Notes under the pieces: model-generated
Databases searched by the model: none
What the model saw: the letters and a program-made list of their open reading frames with translations, nothing else
What the model was told of the DNA's origin: nothing
Translations under genes and position numbers: made by a program
Assembly: GCA_030704615.1 (NCBI GenBank)
Contig: CM060733.1
Span: forward strand, 63,240,001 to 63,304,000
Direction of reading: 5' to 3'
Length of the DNA: 64,000 nucleotides
Origin: Takakia lepidozioides
Taxonomy: Eukaryota; Plantae; Bryophyta
In this document: positions 48,501-59,700 of the stretch, in pieces
Layout: each line of letters begins with the position of its first letter
Position numbering within the stretch: the stretch's first letter is position 1

Positions 48501-49596
48501 TAACTTCCTATATCTTGTAAGTCTTCAAGCACTACAGTAGCAATGGATTCTGATAACTGTTGTCTACTTAGCCAGAAAGCTCGCTCACTTGCCTGTCTCA
48601 TGTTAGGAAGGAATGGCATTCAAAAGATGATTGTGGCAACACAATCATCTTTCTGCCACAGACTACAAGAGCACTGGCACAAAGCTCACTTCTTTCGATC
48701 TCTTTGAAACCCCGGGGGAAACATGCTTACGTTAACGTAAGCATCTTTCCCCCAGCAACTGTAGCCTCTTCCACCCCCTGCTCTTCCTCGTTGTCATCCT
48801 CCAAAGCATGCTTGCGAAGAGATCTTCCTGCTCACAAGGTCACACTGACACAACGTTTAGGATATACCAAACAAGCTTTGAGCAGGCTTCAGGACAACTG
48901 TTCAGTGCTGACGTTGACGCAAGCATGGAACGCCCAGTAGCGCGCTGCCTTCAAAGCGTGAAATAGGGTTCAAAGAGAAGAGAAGGGGCACGAACCATAC
49001 CTCTGCATCCTGTTTTGGGCCTCCCGGTCCCTCCCCATCTCTCTTCCTCCCCTTCTCCATCGTGGGTCTCTCCTTCCCGGACATCTGCATGCGAAGGGAA
49101 TGATTGCGCTCAACGAGGAATACGAAAGACTAGAAACAATGAAACAATGAGGAGATGAGGAGGGAACTGCTCACCAGCGCTTCCTTGGTCTGGTTGTCTG
49201 CGCCCGTCAATGCAGGTCTTGGGGAAGGCAAGAAACCCTCCGATGTTGCCTCTTCAGTTCCGACATCTTCCTCGAAAATCTCCCCTTCATCTTGCTCTTC
49301 ACCAAATTGCTGCTCTTCTTCCCCTGCTGTCTGCGTCCCCCTCTCTTTTCTCCCCTCTGGAAGCACCTCCCCGTGTGGAAAGAGAACAACCTCCCCCTCT
49401 TGCTGGTGGAGTTGTCGTAAGCTGCCTAGTTTTCTCAAGCTGGGTGATCAACTTCTTTCCCTTCATCCTTTCTCGAGCTCTCCTCCGTTCTTGGTCTGTC
49501 GTGAAGTAAAGAGTTCGTCTCCTCTTACGGTGCTGGAAGGCGCTCCTCTCTATGCTAGACCCCCTCCAGCTTGCTCTCCACCTACAACCGCTTGAG
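42598..49596 (-). pseudogene. ParB/Srx + beta-class amino-DNA methyltransferase-like fusion gene, copy 3 (no linked transposase or TIRs seen)
   Basis: KMFFVWDGNHRLLAW (ORF 47942..48274). ELIILDIPDG..TPTWNAWEDRYW..FLADDG (ORF 43398..43877). PWRGAREKSPAFMQTVIKSCSGHGSRVVDLTLGTG (ORF 42731..43099). Intron positions are shared with copies 1 and 2. Ten GATGCTTGCGTYRACGCAAGCATC-type palindromes are present. Confidence 0.88.
45319..46938. mobile_element. ~1.6-kb non-coding (composite) insertion in an intron of copy 3
   Basis: Removing it leaves an intron of ~88 bp, close to the 84-bp orthologous intron of copy 2. Ends are GGGGAGG / CCTCCCC, with flanking AACAATTT / AGCAATTT. The right half is homologous (inverted) to 51633-51979. 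Confidence 0.7.
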
Positions 49597-50889
49597 TTTT
49601 TCCGAAATGTCAAGCCAAGGTTTCTTTCCACCACTATGGAGGGCTCCAACATGCTCGCCTGGGCACATAGGCAGCCGTCGCTCCACATGGCCCTTGGCCC
49701 ACGTGCCACTTCCCCGATGGAGGCACTTCCGCTCTTTTTTAAACACGTCGCCCTTGAACATCACAAGTTCGGCGCCATCGGGGCACACAAAACAAAACGC
49801 TGTTACGTCACATGCACCTTTGACTTCGTGTTATTATGTGCATGCAGGGCTTTGCATACTTGTTCAGTCAGCTTATTAAGGTAACGACGAGTTTCTGCCA
49901 GTCGCGCTAACAAAAAACATCCTCCATGTCAAAATTCAAAATCAACCATTGGTCGGCGCTGGATTGTGCTGGAGCCCTGCACTTAATGCAATGTCGGGCT
50001 TCACGTGTCCGGCGCCGTTAAGCGCACATAGGATTCTCAATTCTATAGGCCTGCGCCGTCGTTTCCCATTGTTCCGCTACTGACACAATACAACAACTCG
50101 TTCCCAATTTGCACAAAGTGCTGAGCCGACTGGCCAACGGTATTGCAGCTTTTTTTCAATACACCGAGTCCTCAGAATAGGTGTTCCAAGCGGGCATAGT
50201 ATCCAGTCCTTCTAGATTTTCTCCATTTGGAAAATCCAAAATGATCAAAATCACAGACCCTGCCCGTCTCTTTTCTATCCCTCATACTATTCTTCCCTTC
50301 GACTGTTGCCACAAAGAAGTCCATCGTGGCAATAAATCCTCGATTGTCTGTAGGCTCCTCTGCAGTCGCCTTCTTCAGAGCGCTATCTTTCGGGCCCAAC
50401 CTTCATGTGTGCCATCTTAGCGGCCCTGTCATCCAATGCGTCCAAAAAACTCTTTGTCGTGCGCATACGTATCGCTACACAACTACATCGCTGTCCAAAC
50501 CACACCACACATATATGCACAATAAAGTAGTATGAAAACTGCACTTGCACTTGACACAAAACATGAAAACCAAACCATCACTCTTAGAAATAGTAGTCGA
50601 GCCAGGGGCACCCCAAGCTATGGGGACTCCACCCCACAACAACCTGTACCCCTACATAAGCACACTCAAATCTAAACGCATGCAGGAGCTCGGTCGCGCA
50701 GGCTCAACTCGAGAGAGATGAGCCGCGCGACTGCCGCTCTCGTGAAGATAAGACGGGTCAGGTGTCAAACTAAACTTGGCACCTGATTTAACACTTGACC
50801 TAAATCCAAGTGTTAAATACAAATAACTAGCTTTATTCTAGCTAGTTTCACACTGTGCTTATTTAACTTGACATCTTGTTCGAACACTG

Positions 50890-52230
50890 AATCATGGTTG
50901 GTGGGTCCAATTTAGGCCTCCGAGGAATCTCAATTGTGGCGTAGGGGTGCCCCCCCCCCCCCACATGCGAGAAGAGAGTCTTATTTGCTGAGCCACCAGA
51001 TCTTGCCGCTTTGACAATGGGGACAACAAGGGAAGGCGCCTGGGCAGCGGGATGTGGGCTAAGTCCCCGTCTTTGCCCTCCTCTTCAGCCTCTGCTTGCT
51101 CCTGATGTTTCTGCTTTTTCGTTTTCTTTGGAGTCCCTGCGGGATTATTTTGCATGCGGGTCCTCTTCTTGGTTCCCTTCTGTTTCTCTTGCAAAGCCTG
51201 ATCCAATGTCTTCTGTGCCAGAAGAGCTGTCTTCCTTGATTGGGCAAGAGCAGTTGCCTCTACAAGCTGCATTGGCCCAAGAGGGGCACGATTCTGCCAT
51301 TTATTGACGTCCACCTGCATTTGAAACTGACTTGGGTCCAACATTCCACTTGGCATATCCAAGTACCAGGGACAGTCACGAAGATGCTCGGAAATGCCAA
51401 CGTACATTGAGTCCGGGCCTAGAGTCCTCCAAGCAAGGAAAAACGGGGGCTCCCTAGCAAGAGCCCCGCTAGCAATGAGGACAAAATTGATGTACCTGCA
51501 ACAGACACCACAGGCGTCAGGAAGGATATGTGGTGCCACATTTCCAAAGAGAGAAATATGGACTAAACTGGAATGCGGTACAATTCTCTGAGTCGTTTCT
51601 GCCCAAGCACACAAACATACTCTCCATGCAGTTTGGGAGGCCACTCCATATGTCTTTTATATAGCACATGCAAAAAAGGGGTAATTTGTATGGGGGTATT
51701 ATTATTATTATTATTTCTTTATCGGCCACCCTACACTTACATGATTTTGCAAAATGCTGGATCTTTTGACAGGCTATGTTAATTATATTTTACTGTTGCT
51801 AGCAAATTTTAGGCACGCTATAGTAACGAGACCCTATCTTCATTTAAATTCTGAAACCACGATATATTGGTGCACATATTGATTTGTAATTGTTTTTTAA
51901 ATTTTATCTTTCAATAATATATTGTACCCTATATTTTTTTGCACGTCGAGTGGGAATATTTGGAAGTGCCCCCCCTAAGCATGCAGTGCCCCGCTCCCAG
52001 CAGAAACTGGAAATGTGGTGCCGCATTTCCAACTGTCGACCAACATCCAAACAATTTGGTGGCACGAAAAATGCACCATGGGAGTTGTTGTCAAAGCTTA
52101 CCTGAACAAAATACGCATAGCAGCTTTTCCGGCCTCCTTCTGATATGTGAATTCCACGCTCCTTCGTGCAGTCGGGAGCTCCCTGGAGAACGGGTTCTCA
52201 TTCACACCTCGTCTCATACCCACTAGTATC
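50890..52230 (-). pseudogene. ParB-MTase fusion gene, copy 4 (middle exons only)
   Basis: Exon ENPFSRELPTARRSVEFTYQKEAGKAAMRILFR (~52102-52200), intron 51496-52101, then exon YINFVLIASGALAREPPFFLAWRT...DCPWYLDMPSG. Closest to copy 1. The ParB and MTase motifs themselves are not retained here. Confidence 0.8.
51633..51979. mobile_element. MITE-like insertion (~350 bp) with an 8-bp TSD
   Basis: CATGCAGT duplicated at 51625-51632 and 51980-51987. Short imperfect TIRs, AT-rich interior, and a related copy at ~46200-46938. Confidence 0.75.
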
Positions 52231-52239
52231 GCTAGTGCT

Positions 52240-53606
52240 CTAGCACTCCCCTCAGCAACTAGTGGCACCTCCGAATTGAAAACTCACGACCAGACCGGTT
52301 GTAAACTTGTATCTAATTCCCCGTCCACAAGGTAACCGGGTAGAGAACTTGTTGCGGCTTATGGTTTGAAATACTAGGTTCCTAGCATAAACCTGCACCT
52401 GTACTTGCATCCACCGCAGGCGCTCCTATGGTCTGCTGGCCATCAACCCAACCTCACCACATGAGAAACACTGGTGATTTGCTGGTCATTACTCCAGCCT
52501 CACCAGCACGCTCCATGATTGGCCGATGATAAAATCCGGACCAATCACATATAAAGACAAACGCCCAAACCAAACTAACATGGCGCATAGTCAAGCATGC
52601 AGGTGTGGGGGAAATCCATACGGATGAAACTCAAACAACAACATCCCCACACCAAAAATCACTCCACAATGTCACTCCTACAAGGACACCCCAGCCCAAA
52701 CTCGGACTGCCTTTTGCCTCCACCTACAGAAAAGTTTTGGCCTACAGAGAGGGTGAAAGACTACGGGGAAGAGAGACTAAAACAATTCTTAATCCCAACA
52801 TGATCTCATCCCAACACTCTCCCTTCCCTCTCTACAATCATCGCATGACCATGGGGAATATCCTCCAAATACTCATCAAACCGTCCTCCACGAGCTTTTC
52901 GAATTTGGCTTTCAACGACCCATTCTGGTCCCCAAACAGTCCGCCAAAGCCTCTAAAAACCCACTAGGTTGGACTCCACAAACTCCCAAAGAAACCTCAA
53001 ACAAACTTCTAAGGGCCTTTAACAAGTCATGCCAATTTCATCCAAAAGCAATTTCATTCGTAGAATCATATTCATCCATGGGCCTTCATGGTTCATCATG
53101 TTCGCTCATGATTCTACCACCATGGTTCCCAATTATTCCATAGAATATTCCCATAATATTTCATTCATGGCCTATGCTCATGGTCCCCTCGTGGTTACTC
53201 ATGGCCCCTGCCACCATGATTCCCAATGGGTTCCCATAATCAAGAATATTCCCTAAATATTTTCTTCATGGTTGATGGTTATGGCTTTGCTTCATGGCCT
53301 AGGTTCATGAATCATGAAGCTTCATGATCTCTTGAGCTTCTTAAGCCTCACGTAGAGATAACCCTCCCCACGTCCCAAGCGTAATTTGTCACCTCACTTG
53401 ACACATGAAATCAAGTGAAATCCCAATGCCAACTAAATACAGATATAAATATATATTGTCATAATTAACTAAAATAAATCATTTATAGTTAACCATGATT
53501 AAATATACTACCAATTCAATTACACAGGGTAAGTAAGGTCTGTTGTCGCCATCCTTCTTGGTCTCGAATACGATCCTATGTATTGGGCCCAAAGCCAGAT
53601 ATTACA
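52240..53606 (-). mobile_element. Non-coding repeat fragment, possibly part of an LTR
   Basis: Separates copy 4 from the TnpD fragment. Begins TGTAATATC on the minus strand at 53606 and has CATG-rich internal repeats. The other end is undefined. Confidence 0.35.
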
Positions 53607-55000
53607 CAGCCAACATACATGGTCGCCATTGACATAACAAAATAATTCTATAACGGATTCTTGGTCATCTGAAAAGAAAACTTGCTCTATGTCTGAAGAC
53701 CGTGAAAAAAGCTCATCGGAGGGACGATGAGTAGGTTGAGCCTATTTGTATTGACGCGCATGAAACCACAATCATCTTGCACTAGTGTTGCGGAGGGCCC
53801 AACAACATGTGGCTGGAACCACCTTCCCTTGAAGAGAAGAGGCCGGTATCTTGTATACTGAAGTTGGAGTATGCTCTCAAGCTCTCAAATGTAGTCAAGT
53901 TTTCTCATAGCAGGTCGTGTATCTCCCTTGCCCCACATGGAGTCTTGCCAATATGTGGCACACAAGCCAGAATCAAAGGTTGTTTTGTGCTTCATGTCAA
54001 GAGCACGAATGCGGAAATGACGACCGTGAATCCAAACCGCCATGTATGAGGTCGCGAATTGAGAGGGGCCCCTTGCAATGTCTTGCACCAAATCTGAAAC
54101 CACATCTCCTTGAGCAACGGCGTCATAAACTGAAGTCCGAAGCCACTGTTGAAATGAACTTAGAGGCTGCGATTCCATGGACAAATTTTGTGACGGAACA
54201 TTCCAGTGGCCCGCTCCTCGTCGTGGGCGTCTAGTAACCGACCTTGGATGGTTCCGCCTTCATGCAAGCGTCTCCTCATCTCGTTGCTGAACAAGATTAT
54301 TGTGTCTTGCCTCCCAATCATGTATGGATGGGGTGTTCTTCAGTATGAAGTCATGCGCTTGCTCAATCACCAAGGTCGGCAATTTTATTCTCTTCAATTT
54401 TTTGGGCAAAACGATGTCATTGGTTCGTGCATCCTCCTCTTCCTTCCACATCCGAGGGGCTTATCCACCCCTGCCATGTACTCCGTGCAATAGAACATAG
54501 CTTCTTGCAACGTATACCCCTCCGCCATGCTACCCTCCGGATGCGTCATTTGTCTTACAAATCCTTTCAAAGTCTTCATATAACGCTCAAGGAAGTACAT
54601 CCACCGAGAATTAACGGGGCCGGCAATCGAAACATCTTCCACTAAGTGCACTACCAAGTGCACTTGGATGTCAAAGAAAGAGGGAGGAAGGTGCATCTCC
54701 AACATACATATTACCTCCGCAGCCTCCTTCTTCATGCATGGAAAATTTGCTTCTTCCAACTTTTTGGAGCAAATCCACCGGAACAAGCCTCCCAATCTGA
54801 AAATTGTCTCACGAACCTCGGGAGTCAATGTCCCACGTACTGCAATGGGCAAAATGTCTTGCAATAGATTGTGATAGTCATGAGACTTTAAACCATGGAC
54901 CCCATCTTCTCGCTGAACTTCGTACGGAGGGATGACCCATAACCAGTTGGTGTTCGGACAACACTTATGGTGACTATCACCTTCTTGTATTCCTCCTTAT
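53607..55000 (-). pseudogene. Second CACTA TnpD fragment (DUF4218/DUF4216 region)
   Basis: KSHDYH; LPPSFFDIQVHLVVHLVE; GPVNSRWMYFLERYMKTLKGFV; HPEGSMAEGY; IHGRHFR...KTTFDSG. Confidence 0.9.
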
Positions 55001-56774
55001 CACTGATCTCCGCTCATAAGTTGACTGTGACTTCCTCCTCTTCACAAATACCAAAATGCTTCCGAGTTCTTGCCCTCCGTTGTCACCAGAGTTTTGCTAC
55101 TGTTTTGTACTTTGGGGGCAAATGACAATTGCACAATCAATCAAGAATTGATGCCCCAAACAATTGCTAAAGAAGCAAAGATACAAATACACAAAGCATT
55201 TGGATGATTGAGCACCAAACTAGTATAAATAAGAATCTCGGTCGCCGCGATATAGCTGTGTACTAACGGGACAGTTACCATTGTCACCTACACCAAGAGA
55301 CTGACACGGGCTCAGCACTACCATAGAGCAATCTGAAGGGAGAAAGATTAAGACACAACGTGATATTACAGATGGACCAGAGGCTGGGTTTATAGACATG
55401 CGGTGTTGTGGTCTAAGTCGTTGCGCAGCACCTGTTTCATATGCAATTGCGGAGGCATCCCAATTACAAAATTTCACCTTTCAAAGGAATAATATGAGTA
55501 GGTTCAATTGGGTCGATCGCTCTATATTCCCTTCCATTCCCTTCCGCTGCAGCAAAACCCAATGTTAAATATCTCTGGTCACACTGGACAAGTGGGACAG
55601 AATGATTTGGGTGTGATCTCAGCCCCTCCTTTTCTGAGGGTTCTCTAGGACATCAGACCAGCTCAAAGGATACGCAATGCTTTGGAAAGAGAAACAACTA
55701 GGGAACGCAACAAGGAAATCTGTAGGTAAGAGTAGTAGTATGTAAGGTGCGACAATTGAAAGAGGCACTACACATTTTCATAACTATGCACTCTTGCATA
55801 TTACTTTTCTCTCTTGCAAGAGTGATCAAAATGAAAGACATAGCAGAAGGAAAGCAACTTAAGGTCCAACATTGATAGTGAATCAAGCTATACCTTTTCC
55901 TCCTCAACACAGTTGGCAACACACCAAGTGCTGGAGTGTTGTGGATGTGCACACAAAGTATTTGACATGGTGAACATGGAAAATAGTCATTCCGAGATGG
56001 CTATACATGAGCACATGCAATAATAAAGGTTGACACCCAACAGGGTTGCATCCATAAGCAACCTCATTGAGCAAGAGATGGACTCCAGAAACATCCATGA
56101 AACTAAAGATCTTACCACTTATTCAGATCACAGGATTACTAAGCGCCTTCTGTATGTCCAATTGAATAAATCAACGGCAAACACTAACGTTCAACTAATA
56201 TTGCATACTTAAAGCAATAGTATGCATATACAGCAACTATACCATACATTTTCAAGTGCACCAGAGCAAAGAATGTGGCTTTTGTAATGGCAGGAAAGGG
56301 TTCACAATACAACCATCAAGACACTTCTTGAACTAACTCAAGTGGATGATTTTGGAGCAGAATCACGAATAAGAGAAGCTACCAGATAAGCAGAGGCATT
56401 ACTGCAAAGAAAATGGGTTTGCAGTCTGCCCTGCATCCGTCCCTTCATATCCCATGGTTGATTGCAGAGGTAAGCTAATCCTTGGGTGAGACGGCATCTT
56501 GTGCAAGAAGATCAGAAACCTTGAAGTTGAACCACAGCAATTTGATGTGTGGATGTGATCACACATCTATCTGCAAGTGCCCTTCATGCCACTACCACCA
56601 ACTCACACTGGTTGCTTGATGAAGTATACTGGTAGTTACTAGAACCTCTCCACCTATTCCAACATACATTAAACCTGTGCTTGAAGAAATCACTAAGGAT
56701 AGCAACACGTACCTCTGAATCTATGGAACATTGGCAAGGACTCAGGTAACGGATGTCCCAGCAGCCAAAGGCTT

Positions 56775-59700
56775 CTACCAGTCCTGTGGAAGAGGGAACA
56801 AGCAGCCAATGGCAAAGAGCTGGATGAAGTTCCGCACAAGAGCGAAGAAATCAGTTATACTCTTGCCTGTAAGCAACTCCCCATAAGAAAGAGTTTGCTT
56901 TTGCCTTCTCAAATGAGAATGTATACTTCAAAAGGCAACCAGTACAGCATTTCTCTCTTATTGGGAAACCCACCAACCACATGAGCCAAAAATTCAAATG
57001 TAAACCAAAAAAATAGCCAGAATTATGTGTGATTTCTGTAAGCCTAGTGAGAGACTGGGGGTCATTGATCAATCTTGCTTGGGACCAGCGAGGCCCATGG
57101 AAGTTTTACTATACAAAAATATGCATCAATACTTACTTCCCTGATAACTTTTCCTACAGTCAGCATATTTGCCAAAGCAATAGCCGTCTTGGCCCATGTA
57201 TGCGGTGAGCTCGATTTCGTCTTCATTTCGCTCCTGTCTGTGCTCATTGGGAGCAATGGAGACACGGTTGTTGGCCACCACAGTGCCCGACCACCATTCC
57301 TGGAACTTATCCGTTTTCACAAGTTCAGCAATAGCCTTTTCGGTAACGTTGGTGGCCTTGTATTCATCTCGGGTCAAAGGCTTTCCGCCTGAAGTCTTAT
57401 GATATGTGGAGTAGAACTCATTGCGCAGGAGGGCCGCTGACTTTTGCACTGGAAAAACAAAACAAAAGGGATCTTACTAAGTCAGGTTCCATGTGGGTTC
57501 TGTATTAAGATAGAGAATGAGTCATTAACAATCAGGTCAATCTTGGATATTTCAGGAAGTTCATAATCAAATGCTAAGTGCCAACATCCATACTCTGCTA
57601 CCACTCCTTACCTGTCCACCAGTATTACTCTGACAAGTATAACAGGGCATGAGCTCATCCATCTATATTTTGTTTGGCGAAGGCTTCTTGCTTTCACATC
57701 AAGAATCAGGGGGCATTGTGAAGTGAATTGTGAGACAAATAATGTCTACAAAAGAGGTGGAATGGTACCTCTGCACCTGGGTTCACTACTGCAACATGCC
57801 ATATCAGGAAAAATATGGTCTGGCAGAGATAAGCTCTCTTCAAACAAACCTCCACGATCCCAATCATCTGAGCTCAATGACTGCAAATCAATGTTCCTTT
57901 CATTGTGCTCAGGGACCATTTCATTCTGTCCAAGTACCATTTCACCGTTCTCACGGAGCACCTCACAATGCTCAGGGAGCATCTCACAGTGCTCAGAGAG
58001 ATCTGAACAAATTACACAGGGCTCAGAATTCAGGGGAATCGCCATCTACAAATGAGCTTGTCTTTTGCTTAGTTCAACAGAAGGATAAAACCAAACACAC
58101 TTCAAGATGGGATAGCATCAGTTAATGATGGGCCATTGTACCATCAGGGAGAGAGACAGATGTAGACATCAATTGGTGTATACATGGACTACCCTGCAGG
58201 TACAACAAGAATGAAGACACAGGTGAGGCTCTGAATATGACATAGTCATAGTTACCTAAATGAGGCCTTTGAGATAGTGCGCTGACTTGCTCCCACATGA
58301 CGAGCGCCTCCTTTCCAGGTACATTTTGAAGTGTGTCCATCTGGGTCTGATTCATATACGGCTTCTTGCCCCCTCTCACTGGGGAATGGAGTGATGCAGG
58401 TCTTATGTCCAGAGACCTACCACAACCACCCATACAGATGTGAGAGCTGAGTTGAAACAAGTTTGCAAATATGTAACATGTAGAGTTCATATCAAAGGCT
58501 TGCACTTCTAGATTCTCCTGCTTACTGTTTGCAATTTGAGACTCTGTAGATACTAACTAACATTCCAAACATGCTTAAAGAGATAACTACCCATTACACA
58601 GATGCTCTAGTGTTACAGCCATTGGCTGTAAGGGATCTCCAGGTTGGGTGATGGACTTGAGTATGTAGCTGGCATAAACATCCCCGGAAAAAGATTGCGC
58701 TTTGCTCTAGCTGCTCTCAAACAAGACTGACAAAAAGGACTCAAGAACAAGTTTTACCCCGGAGACGACAAACTAGATGACACAGACGCTAACACTTCTG
58801 AATCAAGTCAGAGGCTCCCAAACCAACAAATTTAGCACAAGATCGCATAGCACTCCTGTTCCCACACAGACAGCCAGAATCCAATGCAACTGTCTAGTTA
58901 TTCATTCAGGAGCCAACTGGATCTGGGAACGTCAAGGGCTGTCAGTTGATCAATTCATGAAGTAAATAACGACAGAGAGAAGGCATGACTTACTCAGACC
59001 AACGGCATTGGAAGTATTCTGAAAAATCAATAGTCTCAGAGTGCAATTGCCCAACCAACCATGCTATATTTGAGCCAAGCGCCAACACCAGAACTGCAAA
59101 CACTGGATCATGTGAAGTCTGTTCATGCAAACAAGCACACCTTTAGAGATTCCCTTGGAAAGCTTAGGTGTAGGAGAGAAAAGAACCAGGAGCAGATGGT
59201 AGAGAGGGCCAATGATCCTGCAGGATACAGCCCAGTTGGGACAACAATCTAAGGATGGATTCCATAGTTCTCGGACAGTCAACACTCATGGAGTTATACC
59301 TGACTGGTCTCAACCCTACACTGTTGGAAATGACCGGTCTTAATTGCTGAATGGGACTAGGAACCAATAATGCTCGTAAATCAATGTTGAGCATATGTAG
59401 AGAAGACAGCAGAGTGAGAGAGGAAAAGAAGTAGACAGACAGCAAGACATGAAGTGCAAACCTGAAGGAGCATAACACCACCAATAACACGTATGGCCCA
59501 CTTCACAAACACAGCAGTTCCAGCATCCACAACCCCATCTTCTGAAAGGACTAGCTTTCGCACGCCCCAGTAGCCCAGCCAAGCTCCCAACAGACCAATG
59601 GCAACCAAAACAAGTATGGCCACCTGTTGATGATCACCAGTTCAAACAGACACAAAAGCTCATTTTAGATGCAGACTAAAAAAATGGATACCCACATAGA

